The position numbers and the translations under genes are program-made. A stretch of DNA of 64,000 nucleotides from Candidatus Binatia bacterium (lineage in GTDB: Bacteria > Desulfobacterota > Binatia > UBA9968 > CAXXLF01). Every line of letters begins with the position of its first letter. Position 1 is the stretch's first letter. Where the stretch lies: the NCBI GenBank assembly GCA_963664015.2, contig CAXXLF010000001.1, forward strand, positions 416,001-480,000, in the 5' to 3' direction. Shown here piece by piece: positions 38,360 through 48,458 of this stretch. A model generated the notes under the pieces. The model was given only the letters and a program-made list of their open reading frames with translations, ran no database searches and had not been told where the DNA came from.

Positions 38360-40777
38360 ATGGCATTTCTATCACCCTTGCTTCGTCCCCTCCTCTGGTA
38401 CTGGTCGCGCTGGGCGCGGCCCCAGATAGAAGGGAGCCTTCCCTTACCCGGCTTGACGGACAAGGTAACGGTACGTTGGGATCTCTATTCGGTACCTCAT
38501 ATTTTTGCCTCTAGCGAAGCCGACCCCTTTTTTCCCCAAGGTTATCTGTATGCTCAGGAGAGACTCTGGCAGATGGATTTCAACCGCCGTTTTCACTCGG
38601 GGAGACTGGCCGAGATCCTGGGAGAATGGACCGTCCCGTGGCAGGAGGTATCCATCCAATTCAAAAACAGGGCAACCGTCGACCTGGACTATTTTGTCCG
38701 TCTCATGGGTATACGCAGGGCGGTATGCTCCTCCCTCGATTCGATACCGAAGGAGTTCCTGAGGATCCTTGAGCCATACAGCAACGGGTTCAACCGCTAT
38801 ATCGAGACCCACCTCAGGACCTTGCCGGTTGAGTTCCGTCTCCTTCATTACCAACCGGACCCGTGGCAACCGGCGGACTGCCTCACCATCTGCAAGGGTT
38901 TCGCCCTCCTCCTATCGACAGCCCTGTTCACACGACTCACCATGGATACGCTCGCCCGGCAACTCAGAGACCAGAGGGACAAGTTCGAGACCCTCATGCC
39001 GTCGTACCCACAGTGGGGCGCGAGTGTTACTCGCTGGAACTCGGACCAGACCGCAGACCAGTCACGTGAGCTCCTGCGGTTTTTAAACGGAACTTTTTAC
39101 AACAGCCAATGGACCGCTTCGGGTCACGGCAGCAACAACTGGGCCCTTTCACCAGACCGCTCGATAGATGGGAAGCCCATTCTGTGCAATGAACCTCATC
39201 TGAGATTGACACTACCGTCGATCTGGTACCTCACCTGCATGCAGGCCCCCTCACGCACCCAAGCGGATGACGGATACGCCGTCTGGGGAGCCTCCATTCC
39301 GGGATCTCCCTGTATTCACGTGGGACATAACCGCCGTATCGCCTGGGGTGTAACGGCCGGCCTGTGCGACGATGTCGATCTTTATCGGGAGAGGATCCAC
39401 CCCCACGACCCCAACCGCTATCGTGTTGGCGATGGATGGGATCCGATGCAAACGATCGAAGAGAGGATTCGCGTTCGGGGTGGTAAAGAAATCAAAAAGA
39501 ACCTGCGCTTCACCCGTCACGGCCCCGTAATCTCCGACTTCATCGGACCCACCCTGACCGATAAAGTCCTTTCGCGACAATGGACCGCCCTGGACCGGAG
39601 CGAGGACTTCCGCGTCGTCTACGGAATAAACCGGGCCGGGAGCTGGAATGAATTTCTCCAGTGCCTGTCGTACCAGAGCGCGTCTACCCTAAACTATGTC
39701 TACGCAGACCGCGAGGGAAACATCGGCTACAGCCTAGCCGGCAGTATCCCCCGCAGGCGCCAGGCCCCTTCTCTGACTCCCCTTCCCGGGTGGAGCGGTG
39801 AGTTCGACTGGGACGGGTACGTTCCCTTCAGCGATCTTCCCCGGCTCTACAATCCACCAGAAGGCATCGTGGCTACGGCAAACAACAGCATTGCCGATCC
39901 CTCCTATCCCTATTACCTGTCAACCCTGTTCGATCCTCCCTACCGTATCGAGCGGATCAAGGAACTCCTTATGGCAAAAGAAAAGTATTTTCTCGACGAC
40001 ATGTCGAAAATGCAGGAGGACGTCGTCTCGTTACAGGCCAAGCGGCTGATTGAAGTCCAACACAACGACCTGGAAGCAATCGTCCACCGGACCCCTCACC
40101 TCAGCCCAATCGTAAGTAAACTGATGCACTGGGATGGCCATTGCGGCTCCAAAAGCTCAGAGGCAGCCCTTTATCATGTCTTTTACCAGCGCCTCATGGT
40201 CAATCTTCTTGGACCCGACCTCGGCGATGAGCTGTTGGTCGCCTAATTGGAACTCTTCAATCAGGCGATGGTACCGACGGACCAAATCTTTCGGGATTCC
40301 AGTTCACCATGGCTTCGATCCCGCTCGCGGCGGTCTCTCGTCGAACATAGCATTGAGGAGGCCTGGTCCGAGCTCAAATCTCGCCTGGGGGATCGTGAAG
40401 AGACGTGGGAATGGGGGAAGCTCCCCACGATGACGTTGGATCACCCCCTGGGCCGGATCGGCATCCTAGCCCCTTTCTTTTCCGTGGGCCCCTTCCCGGC
40501 ACCGGGGGACTCGACGACAGTGAACAGCGGGTTCTATAGCCACTCGTCCCCCTATCAACAAGTGGTGGGGACCTCCCTAAGGATGGTACTGAGCCCAGGG
40601 GATTGGGAACAGAGTCGGATAATCCTTCCATCGGGCCAGTCGGAAAATCCACTATCCGACCATTACCGCGACCAGTTCCCAAAGTGGTCCAACGGTGGCT
40701 CTATTCCATTGAATCCCCGTTCGGAACAGACGAAAGATTGCCCACTCCTAACCCTCATGCCAATCACACAAGGTTAA
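38360..40777 (+). pseudogene. Penicillin acylase (Ntn hydrolase) family, in-frame TAA at 40244
   Basis: QERLWQMD, GSNNW autoproteolysis site, NYVYAD, C-terminal PSGQS..HY.DQ in the same frame after the stop. Confidence 0.85.
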
Positions 40778-40801
40778 TCCACCGGCAGGGATTCACCAAC
40801 T

Positions 40802-41668
40802 ATGCCAGCTGCACTTTTCGCTCTCATTACGGCTTTTTTTTTCGCTCTCCATAATGTGCTCATCAAGAAGGGCTTGAAGACGTCCAATCCGGCCACGGCA
40901 GTTTTTATAACCCTCGGCGTCAACATGATTTTACTCTGGGCCATGGGGGCGTTCCTTCATCCCCTCCACTCCTTGGCGACTCCTGGGACGCTTGTTTTCG
41001 TTGCCGTCGGCTTGTTTCAACCGGGGCTCACCCGTCTGTTGACTGCAAAGAGTATCGAAAAGGTGGGCGTAGCTATCACCGATCCCATTCGTGCAACCAC
41101 TCCCATGTTCAGCTCCCTGTTAGCAATCCTCTTCCTGGACGAGAACATGACGCTGGCGATCTTTGGGGGTACCCTTCTGATCATCCTCGGGATCGCGCTT
41201 CTGTCGTATCCAAAGGAGGGCACACGCCGAATAGAACTGCGCTACGTATTGTATCCGGTCTTTGCCTCTTTCCTCGTCGGACTCTCCCAAGTCGCCAGAA
41301 AGTTCGGCCTCGAATTTATTCCCCACCCATCGTTGGCCGCCGCCGTAACTGCAACTTCATCATTCACCGTGATCTCCATCTTGCTCTGGTTCGGCAAGAA
41401 AAAGGACTGGGGATTATCTCTGAATAAGGAGTCCTTGCGCTTTTACCTGGCGGCAGGAGTCGTGATCAGTCTGGGCATGGCGTCTCTCTACAACGCCCTT
41501 ACCCTCGGCGAGGTTGTCGTTGTCATCCCGATAACGAGCAGTGGGCCCCTATTCGCTTTGACCCTCAGCGCTCTGTTCCTCCGGGACACGGAAAAAGTCA
41601 CATTCAGGATCGCGATGGGCGCTTGTTTGATAGTTGGCGGGGTCTTCCTCGTCACCCTGTTGAAGTAA
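40802..41668 (+). CDS. DMT/EamA family transporter
   Basis: Two EamA repeats, about 10 TM segments. Confidence 0.88.
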   Translation: MPAALFALITAFFFALHNVLIKKGLKTSNPATAVFITLGVNMILLWAMGAFLHPLHSLATPGTLVFVAVGLFQPGLTRLLTAKSIEKVGVAITDPIRATTPMFSSLLAILFLDENMTLAIFGGTLLIILGIALLSYPKEGTRRIELRYVLYPVFASFLVGLSQVARKFGLEFIPHPSLAAAVTATSSFTVISILLWFGKKKDWGLSLNKESLRFYLAAGVVISLGMASLYNALTLGEVVVVIPITSSGPLFALTLSALFLRDTEKVTFRIAMGACLIVGGVFLVTLLK

Positions 41669-41711
41669 GGAACGGCCCTTGAACTTGCCCTTCCTCCACG
41701 AGAGGTCTCCG

Positions 41712-41720
41712 TGGTATAAT
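41712..41720 (+). promoter_or_regulatory. Extended -10 promoter
   Basis: TGGTATAAT (TGnTATAAT) just upstream of ATG 41725/41731. Confidence 0.45.
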
Positions 41721-41730
41721 TTTTATGCTC

Positions 41731-42331
41731 ATGAGGAGCCATATCGCCCCACTGGCGGGGCTTTTTTTCTGCCTGCAGGCAGCCCCCCCGCCTTCCCGAC
41801 GGACCTCTACAAGTGGAAGGACAAGCGAGGGGTCATCCATTTCAGCGACAATCCTCATAACATCCCGGAAGGATTCAGAGAATACACCAGGAGAATCCGT
41901 TCCCTGGGCCCCTCCTCAAGCTCCAACAGACCTCCCGATTATGGGATACGAGCTACAATCCCGTTCAAAAAGAAGGGGATGACCGCTATCGTACCGGCCA
42001 CCATTAACGACGGGCCTGAGGGCGACTTCATACGCGATACAGGGGCGTCGTATACCGTTATCTCAACTAGCGTAGCCCAAAATGCCAATATCAACCTGGA
42101 TAAGCAATACCCCAAAGTTGGCCTACAGACAGCAAATGGGATCATTGACGCGCCACTGGTAAACTGGAATCGATTGAGAGCAGGGGCATGCGGGTAACCG
42201 ACCTTACCGTCGCAGTCCATGACTTCTCCGCGGACAATTCCATTGCCAGTCTGTTAGGGCTCAATTTCCTGAGCCATTTCCGTATGGAACTGGATGCCCA
42301 GAATGGTGTCCTGAACCTGGAAAAGAAATGA
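41731..42331 (+). pseudogene. DUF4124 + retropepsin-like aspartyl protease, two frameshifts
   Basis: LYKWKDKRGVIHFSD, DTGAS, LQTANG, then LLGLNFLSHF in another frame; shifts near the 41762-41790 homopolymers and near 42160. Confidence 0.75.
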
Positions 42332-42456
42332 AGCCTACAAGGGCTTATCCAGCCTTCGTAGCCCAAGCAACTACGGCGGAGTAGGCCGCCCGTGATATCC
42401 GCCCTTTCTTCGGCGGAATCCGCCGAAGCACCCGCTTCGTCTGCGAAGGCGGATAA
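42328..42456 (+). repeat. ~130-180 bp palindromic dispersed element (ATGAAGCC...TTCGGCGGAATCC.CCGAAG), copy 1
   Basis: Homologous copies at 49669, 53507 and 55479 (minus). Confidence 0.8.
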
Positions 42457-42787
42457 CCCGTACCTCATCTCTACCCCACGGTCATCCCCTCACACCCGAT
42501 TATCCCCCGTGCAACCCGCACAGAGTGCCCGCTTTCACACCATAGGCCATCTGGTACTCCAAGGTATTAGAGTGCAAGCCTATGCTCGGTTCGCAGCGCA
42601 ACAATGACAGAGGAAAAAATTGGAGAGGGAAACTTTCCGGTGCGGATTCTACTGGGTCGGCTCCAAGGAAAGCAGTATAGTCTGCCACCACATATAGAAA
42701 GGCGAGGTGCAGTGGATCCAGGAGATGGCCGGGTGCACCTCACCACGAAGTGGGGCTTTTGAATTTATTTTTTAAGAACCTCCTAAC

Positions 42788-45556
42788 TTATGAGCAACCG
42801 CTCACAGCACCGCAGTTCAGGCACTTATAGCAGGCGCCGCTTCTTATCATAATTGCCCCGCAATCGGGACAAGAAGGCGAATCCTGCTGGAATAGGCCCA
42901 TAGGAGCGTTTATCGTCGGTTGGGGCGCCCCACCCCGAGGTGCCGAGGGGGTGATATGAGCGACCTTCTTGGTTTTGGGTTCTTCCTCATCAGGTCTGAT
43001 GATGCCCACCTCCCGCTGCACCTCCCCATCTAGAAACTTTGTGGCGAGCCAGCGGAAGATATAGTCCATTATCGATTTGGCCATGGGGATATCCGGGTTT
43101 TTAGTAAAACCCGACGGCTCGAAGCGGGTATGGCTGAACTTGTCGACCAGGACCTTCAAAGGCACGCCGTACTGAAACGCCAAAGAGACAGCCGTGGCAA
43201 AGGAGTCCATCAAACCGGAAATGGTAGAGCCCTCTTTTGACATACGGATGAAGATCTCGCCCGGCTGGTCCTCTTCATACATCCCCACCGTGATATAACC
43301 CTCGTGGCCGGCGATATCGAACTTGTGGGTAATGGATCTCCTCTCGTCTGCAAGTCGGCGTCGAAACGGTTTCTGCTCCGCCGACTCTAACCTATCCTTT
43401 TGGGTCTTACCGTCCTTAGACGTATTGAGGACCTGGGTTCGCTTGGAGCCGTCGCGATAGATGGCGACTGCCTTGAGTCCCAGGCGCCATGCTTCCATAT
43501 AGGCATGCATGATTTCATCGACGGTCGCCTCACTAGGCATATTGATGGTCTTGGAGATGGCACCCGAGATAAACGGCTGGGTAGCCCCCATCATCTTGAC
43601 GTGCCCCATGTAGTGAATCGCCCGACTGCCTTTATGTGCCTTGAAGGCGCAATCGAAGATCGGCAGATGCTCGTTCTTAATGTGGGGCGCCCCCTCGATG
43701 GTCTCGTTTTCGTCCAGGTATTCCACGATCTCCTGGATCTCTTTGGAGTCGTATCCGATCCGTTTCAAGGCACGTGGTACCGTGTTGTTGACCATCTTCA
43801 GCAGCCCGCCACCGACCAGTTTCTTGTACCTTACCAGAGCGATCTCGGGCTCCACCCCCGTGGTATCGCAATCCATCATGAAGGAGATGGTCCCCGTGGG
43901 GGCTAAAACCGAGATCTGGGAGTTCTTCACCCCGTGTTTACCAGCCTCTTCGCAGGTCAGGTCCCAAACCTCTCGTGCCGAAGTCAAAAGATCCAAAGGG
44001 ACATGGGAAGTAGAGATCTTGGCCACATGGGAGCGGTGCTTGTCGAGCACCCGGAGCATAGGACGCCGATTTTCAATATATCCGCCAAAGGATCCCAAAG
44101 CCTTGGCGATGCGTGTGGATTGCAGATAACCCTCACCCGTCAGCAAGGCTGTTACAGCTCCCGCGTAGGCACGACCCGCATCCGAGTCGTAGGGGATCCC
44201 CAGGGACATGAGCATGGCACCGAGATTGGCGTAGCCGATTCCCAGCTCACGAAACTTAAGCGCATTTTCGGTAATGGCAGGGGTCGGATAAGAGGAGTTG
44301 TCGATTAAGATGTCCTGCGCAAGGATGATAATATCCACAGCCCGTCGGAAGGACTCGGTTTCGAAGACTCCGTCTTCACGGAGGAATCTTAGCAAGTTGA
44401 TCGACGCCAGGTTGCAGGCCGAGTCGTCCAGGTGCATGTACTCGGAGCACGGATTGGAGCCGTTGATTCGTCCTGTTTCCGCACAGGTGTGCCAGTCATT
44501 GATGGTCGTATCGTACTGCATTCCGGGATCACCGCAGAGGTAGGTCCCTTCCGAAATCAGCTTGAGCAGGTCCCGTGCCTTGTAGGTCTCGCAAACCTCA
44601 CCCGTGGTTACGTAACGTGTCTTCCATTCACCGTCCTCGGTAACGGCCTGCATGAACTCATCGGAGACACGAACCGAGTTGTTGGCGTTCTGAAAAAAGA
44701 CACTGCCATAGGCCGGACCGTCCAGACTCGAGTCGTAACCCGCTTCGATCAAGGCCCACGCCTTCTTTTCTTCTTCAACCTTACAATTGATGAAATCAAT
44801 GATGTCCGGATGGTCGATGTCGAGGATCACCATCTTGGCTGCGCGACGGGTCTTGCCGCCGGACTTGATAACGCCCGCCGAAGCATCCGCCGCCTTCATA
44901 AAGGAAACCGGGCCAGAGGGGGTACCACCACCCCCCAACTGTTCTTTGGCGGAGCGGATCTTGGAGAGGTTGACACCGGAACCGGATCCTCCTTTGAAGA
45001 TGATTCCCTCCTGCCGGTACCAATCCAGGATCGACTCCATAGTGTCGTCCACAGAGAGGATGAAGCATGCGGAGCATTGGGGTCTCTCCTCGATACCGCA
45101 GTTGAACCAGACCGGGCTATTGAAGCAGGCCTGTTGGTTCAGGAGCAGGGAAGTCAATTCATCGGCAAAGATCCGAGCGTCTTCCTCTGTGGCAAAGTAA
45201 CCATCTGCCCGGCCCCAACCCGTTATCGTGTTGACTACCCGGTCGATCAGCTGGCGCACGCTCTTCTCCCGTTGCGGACTACCCAGATGACCACGGAAGT
45301 ATTTGGAAGCCACCACATTGGTTGCCATCTGAGACCAGAACTTGGGAACTTCCAAATCGTTCTGCTCAAAAACGACCGTACCCTTATCGCTCATAATTTT
45401 GGCCGACCGGGTCTCCCACTCCACCTCCGCGTATGGATGCATCCCAGCGCGGCTAAAATATCGTTCCAGTCGAAGCCCGCGGGCAGGTTCTGCCGCAACC
45501 CCCTCAACTGTCTCCGCTTGAGTCGTACTTGCTACCTCTGATACCGTGGTGACCAT
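42788..45556 (-). CDS. nrdJ: Class II (B12-dependent) ribonucleotide reductase with C-terminal TSCPD and Zn-ribbon
   Basis: FNSP, CSACFI, SNPCSE, APTGTIS, GAISKT, YRDGS, CPDCG..CLNCG. Confidence 0.95.
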   Translation of the reverse strand: MVTTVSEVASTTQAETVEGVAAEPARGLRLERYFSRAGMHPYAEVEWETRSAKIMSDKGTVVFEQNDLEVPKFWSQMATNVVASKYFRGHLGSPQREKSVRQLIDRVVNTITGWGRADGYFATEEDARIFADELTSLLLNQQACFNSPVWFNCGIEERPQCSACFILSVDDTMESILDWYRQEGIIFKGGSGSGVNLSKIRSAKEQLGGGGTPSGPVSFMKAADASAGVIKSGGKTRRAAKMVILDIDHPDIIDFINCKVEEEKKAWALIEAGYDSSLDGPAYGSVFFQNANNSVRVSDEFMQAVTEDGEWKTRYVTTGEVCETYKARDLLKLISEGTYLCGDPGMQYDTTINDWHTCAETGRINGSNPCSEYMHLDDSACNLASINLLRFLREDGVFETESFRRAVDIIILAQDILIDNSSYPTPAITENALKFRELGIGYANLGAMLMSLGIPYDSDAGRAYAGAVTALLTGEGYLQSTRIAKALGSFGGYIENRRPMLRVLDKHRSHVAKISTSHVPLDLLTSAREVWDLTCEEAGKHGVKNSQISVLAPTGTISFMMDCDTTGVEPEIALVRYKKLVGGGLLKMVNNTVPRALKRIGYDSKEIQEIVEYLDENETIEGAPHIKNEHLPIFDCAFKAHKGSRAIHYMGHVKMMGATQPFISGAISKTINMPSEATVDEIMHAYMEAWRLGLKAVAIYRDGSKRTQVLNTSKDGKTQKDRLESAEQKPFRRRLADERRSITHKFDIAGHEGYITVGMYEEDQPGEIFIRMSKEGSTISGLMDSFATAVSLAFQYGVPLKVLVDKFSHTRFEPSGFTKNPDIPMAKSIMDYIFRWLATKFLDGEVQREVGIIRPDEEEPKTKKVAHITPSAPRGGAPQPTINAPMGLFQQDSPSCPDCGAIMIRSGACYKCLNCGAVSGCS

Positions 45557-45606
45557 ACTTCCGCTCTCCTCCCTAATTTCTCTATCTATTATATATGTTA
45601 GGATCT

Positions 45607-45660
45607 TTTACGCCATGTAGTAGAGCAGCCACTATGAACCCCTACATATTGTGTTGTCAA
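45607..45660 (-). promoter_or_regulatory. Tandem NrdR boxes overlapping the nrdJ promoter
   Basis: CCCCTACATATTGTGT (45639-45654) plus a weaker box about 31 bp away (45607-45622); TTGACA on the minus strand at 45660-45655. Confidence 0.65.
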
Positions 45661-45711
45661 GAATATTTTCCGGGTGTATCCTTTTGTTCGTAAAAAGACC
45701 AATAAATTCCA

Positions 45712-46161
45712 ATGGAAAAACTTAAAGAGATTCTCACCCAGTCCATCAAGCGACTGGATTTGACCGACAAGCTCTCCGATTACGGGATCTGGCCGATCTG
45801 GAACGAGACCGTGGGACCGACCGTCGCCCGCAACGCTCAGCCTGAAAAGATCCATAACGGTACTCTGTTCGTCAAGGTCACCAGCTCAACCTGGATGCAG
45901 CAGCTCCAGTTCATGAAAGAAATGATCACCGAGAAGATCAACGAGCGTATGGGTAGGGAAACGGTAAAAAATATATTTTTTGTCGTAGGGACCGTCCACT
46001 ATGAAGAGCCCCAGGCCGACGAGCATCCCAGCAAAGAGCAACCGGCTTCCCGGGTCACAGCGAAACTAGACGAGAAAGAACTCACTTCGATCAACGATCC
46101 GGCCATCCGCGAATCCCTCCAAAGGCTCTACGACGCCCTGTCGCGCAGACGCCGGCCGTGA
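45712..46161 (+). CDS. DUF721/DciA-family protein
   Basis: W..TVG..VA....P......LFVKV.SSTWMQQL..K..I. Confidence 0.8.
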   Translation: MEKLKEILTQSIKRLDLTDKLSDYGIWPIWNETVGPTVARNAQPEKIHNGTLFVKVTSSTWMQQLQFMKEMITEKINERMGRETVKNIFFVVGTVHYEEPQADEHPSKEQPASRVTAKLDEKELTSINDPAIRESLQRLYDALSRRRRP

Positions 46162-46164
46162 GCC

Positions 46165-46622
46165 AGGGATCAGAGGTCGGAGGTCGGTAAGTAGTTATTG
46201 GTTATTAGTCAATGGTTGTTAGCGAATAGCAAATAGCGATTGGCCAGAGGCCGGATATCAGCAGCCAGAGATCGGACGACGGAGGTCGGACGGGCAGAAG
46301 ATGTCTCGCGCAAAGGCGCAAAGGGCGCCAAGTTCGGAGACCAGATGTCAGAGGTTAGAAGTCAGACGTCGGAAGTGTGAGGTCAGCTACTTTGCTGATC
46401 TCTGATCTCTAACATCTGGGTTATTGGGTTTGTTGAGTTGCTTGCGTTTATTGAATTCATTGGGTTCGTTTGGCCCGCTATCAAAGGTCAGAAGTCAACG
46501 GTCGGATGTCGGACCTGGGGAGTCGGAGCCCAGCTGCAACACCGACTTCCGACCTTTGTTCTCTGATATCTGGTATCTTCTATTTGCCGATCTCTGATCT
46601 CCGTCCTATGATCTCTGGGATG
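46165..46622. repeat. Modular repeat cassette containing the empty scaffold site
   Basis: Forward and reverse heptamer arrays, ctcgcgcaaaggcgcaaagggcgccaagtt at 46305, 9-mers 46420-46470. Confidence 0.85.
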
Positions 46623-46638
46623 TACCGTTTGCTGCTCA

Positions 46639-47385
46639 CTACTTTTCAGAGAACATGTTTTGTAGCTCTTCCGTGTAAATCTTTTCCTTGGCGAAAACCA
46701 CTAACGGAGGCATAATCCGGACCTCGCGGCCCCCGCCTTTGGCTCCCTCCGCCAAGACGAGTTCTGCGGGGCGGTCGGCGAAAGAGTGAACAAACCGTAG
46801 CCGCTTGGGTTCCATCGCCGATTCTCTCATGGCCACCAACAGCTCCGCCGCGCGCGTCGCCGGATAGATCAAGGCCACTCTGCCCCCTGAACGCAACAGG
46901 TACGCAGCCCCCCGTAGGAAGTCTGGTAGTGCGGCCTCCACCTCGTGACGCGCGACGTAGCGTTCCGGATCCGGGTTGACCCGGCCGCTTTTAAGCCTCC
47001 GGTAGGGAGGATTGGAAAGCACCATGTCAAAAGACTCGGACGGAAAGATCCCCTCAACCGAACGCACGTCCCCCCGAACGATCTCCACCCTATCCTCCAT
47101 ATGATTCAATGCGACGCTACGCAGGGCTCGCTCGGCCATCGCTTCTTGAATCTCCAGACCCACAACCTGTACCGACGGGTAGATAGCGGCGAGTAGGATC
47201 GGGATAACACCATTTCCGGTCCCCAGGTCGGCCACGCGCTTTTTTCCCTGGACTCGTACGAAATGCGCCAACACAACAGCATCCAGTGAAAACCGGTACC
47301 CCCGGGTTCTCTGTATCAGGGAGAGCTTACCTCCAAGCAGCCCGTCGATCGTTTCATCCTTCAAAATAGACGCCTTTTTAATCAT
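46639..47385 (-). CDS. tRNA1(Val) A37 N6-methyltransferase (YfiC/TrmN6-like)
   Basis: GYRFSLDAV.L, DLGTGNG, SNPPY, ARHE. Confidence 0.85.
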   Translation of the reverse strand: MIKKASILKDETIDGLLGGKLSLIQRTRGYRFSLDAVVLAHFVRVQGKKRVADLGTGNGVIPILLAAIYPSVQVVGLEIQEAMAERALRSVALNHMEDRVEIVRGDVRSVEGIFPSESFDMVLSNPPYRRLKSGRVNPDPERYVARHEVEAALPDFLRGAAYLLRSGGRVALIYPATRAAELLVAMRESAMEPKRLRFVHSFADRPAELVLAEGAKGGGREVRIMPPLVVFAKEKIYTEELQNMFSEK

Positions 47386-47389
47386 AACC

Positions 47390-47438
47390 TTGCAAAATGG
47401 CGAAATGTTTTATATATTAGCTAGGTATACTAGCTAAT
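47390..47438 (+). promoter_or_regulatory. Sigma70 promoter with overlapping palindromic operator upstream of mlaEFD
   Basis: TTGCAA-17nt-TATATT; ATTAGCTAG-gtata-CTAGCTAAT at 47416-47438. Confidence 0.5.
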
Positions 47439-47605
47439 TAAGTTCCAAATTTAAACTTTCGTTAAACTCACAAATCAAAACCGCCGCTGAAGGATACTAC
47501 CCACGGACGAATGGGTCTGTTCTCTCTCTACCCGAAACATAGTGAAAGCTACGACCGGTCCATTAACTTGCGATTAGAGCTTGCAACCGACCTGAAAAGT
47601 TAAAC

Positions 47606-48445
47606 TTGGGAAAAGTGAAAACACAACCGGAAAATAACAATCAGAACTCGGTCGGTAGCTCCATTGCGCTCTTCCCCCTAACCCTCATTGGCACCATGGG
47701 CAGGCTCACAGTGGAATTGCTTACCTCCTTGGGGAGGATAACCGTCTTCCTCTTTTCGGCCATCTTGTGGGTCTTTGCCCCCCCTGCCCAAGTCCATCTC
47801 ATCATCCTGCACATCAAGAGCATTGGCGTCGATTCGCTCCTGGTGGTTCTCCTGTCCGGTTTATTTACCGGCATGGTGCTGGGCCTGCAAGGCTACTATA
47901 CCCTGCAAAAGTTTCAGGCCGAGACCTGGCTCGGCTCCGCCGTCGCCCTCGGGCTCTTGCGCGAACTAGGTCCCGTGCTCTCGGCCTTTATGGTTACGGG
48001 CCGGACCGGATCCGCCATGGCCGCAGAGCTTGGCACCATGAGGGTCACGGAACAGATCGATGCCCTCTATTCCATGGCCATCAACCCCATCAAGTACCTG
48101 GTCTCACCGCGGATCATTGCTGGACTGATCGCCATGCCGCTGCTAACAGCAATCTTCGATATTGTGGGAATCTTCGGCGCTTATTTGGTCGGGGTGGGAC
48201 TCCTCGGCGTCAGCTCGGGGAGTTTTATCTCCGGTATGGAGCGAAGCGTTGTCTTCATGGACGTCTACAGCGGCTTTTTAAAATCCATCAGTTTTGGCCT
48301 GATCATTACGTGGGTGAGTTGTTATAAAGGATTCCATGCGCTACCCATGGCCTCCGGGGTGAGCCGTGCCACGACCGAATCGGTGGTACTCTCCTTCGTA
48401 TTGATTCTCGTATGGGATTTTTTCATGACCTCAATTCTCCTCTGA
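47606..48445 (+). CDS. mlaE: MlaE lipid-asymmetry ABC permease
   Basis: RELGPVL, GSAMAAELGTMRVTEQIDAL, GVSRATT; start uncertain. Confidence 0.92.
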   Translation: MGKVKTQPENNNQNSVGSSIALFPLTLIGTMGRLTVELLTSLGRITVFLFSAILWVFAPPAQVHLIILHIKSIGVDSLLVVLLSGLFTGMVLGLQGYYTLQKFQAETWLGSAVALGLLRELGPVLSAFMVTGRTGSAMAAELGTMRVTEQIDALYSMAINPIKYLVSPRIIAGLIAMPLLTAIFDIVGIFGAYLVGVGLLGVSSGSFISGMERSVVFMDVYSGFLKSISFGLIITWVSCYKGFHALPMASGVSRATTESVVLSFVLILVWDFFMTSILL

Positions 48446-48458
48446 TGAGTGACGTGAT

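Noticed and set aside
28692-40246. Stop-codon reassignment or pyrrolysine readthrough
   Set aside because: The in-frame stops are of two types (TAA, TAG), both end many normal genes here, and frameshifts co-occur.
42457-42787. Possible ncRNA or small ORF downstream of nrdJ
   Set aside because: No recognisable RNA family; only a terminator-like hairpin (gaggtgca...tgcacctc) near 42704-42741.
44432-45541. 369-aa plus-strand ORF
   Set aside because: Antisense shadow of nrdJ with no recognisable motifs.
45557-45711. Cobalamin riboswitch upstream of nrdJ
   Set aside because: The spacer is short and lacks recognisable B12-box elements; NrdR boxes explain it.
17243-46622. Repeat arrays as CRISPR
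   Set aside because: Periods are 7-9 nt and degenerate; there are no constant 25-40 nt repeats with unique spacers and no cas genes.
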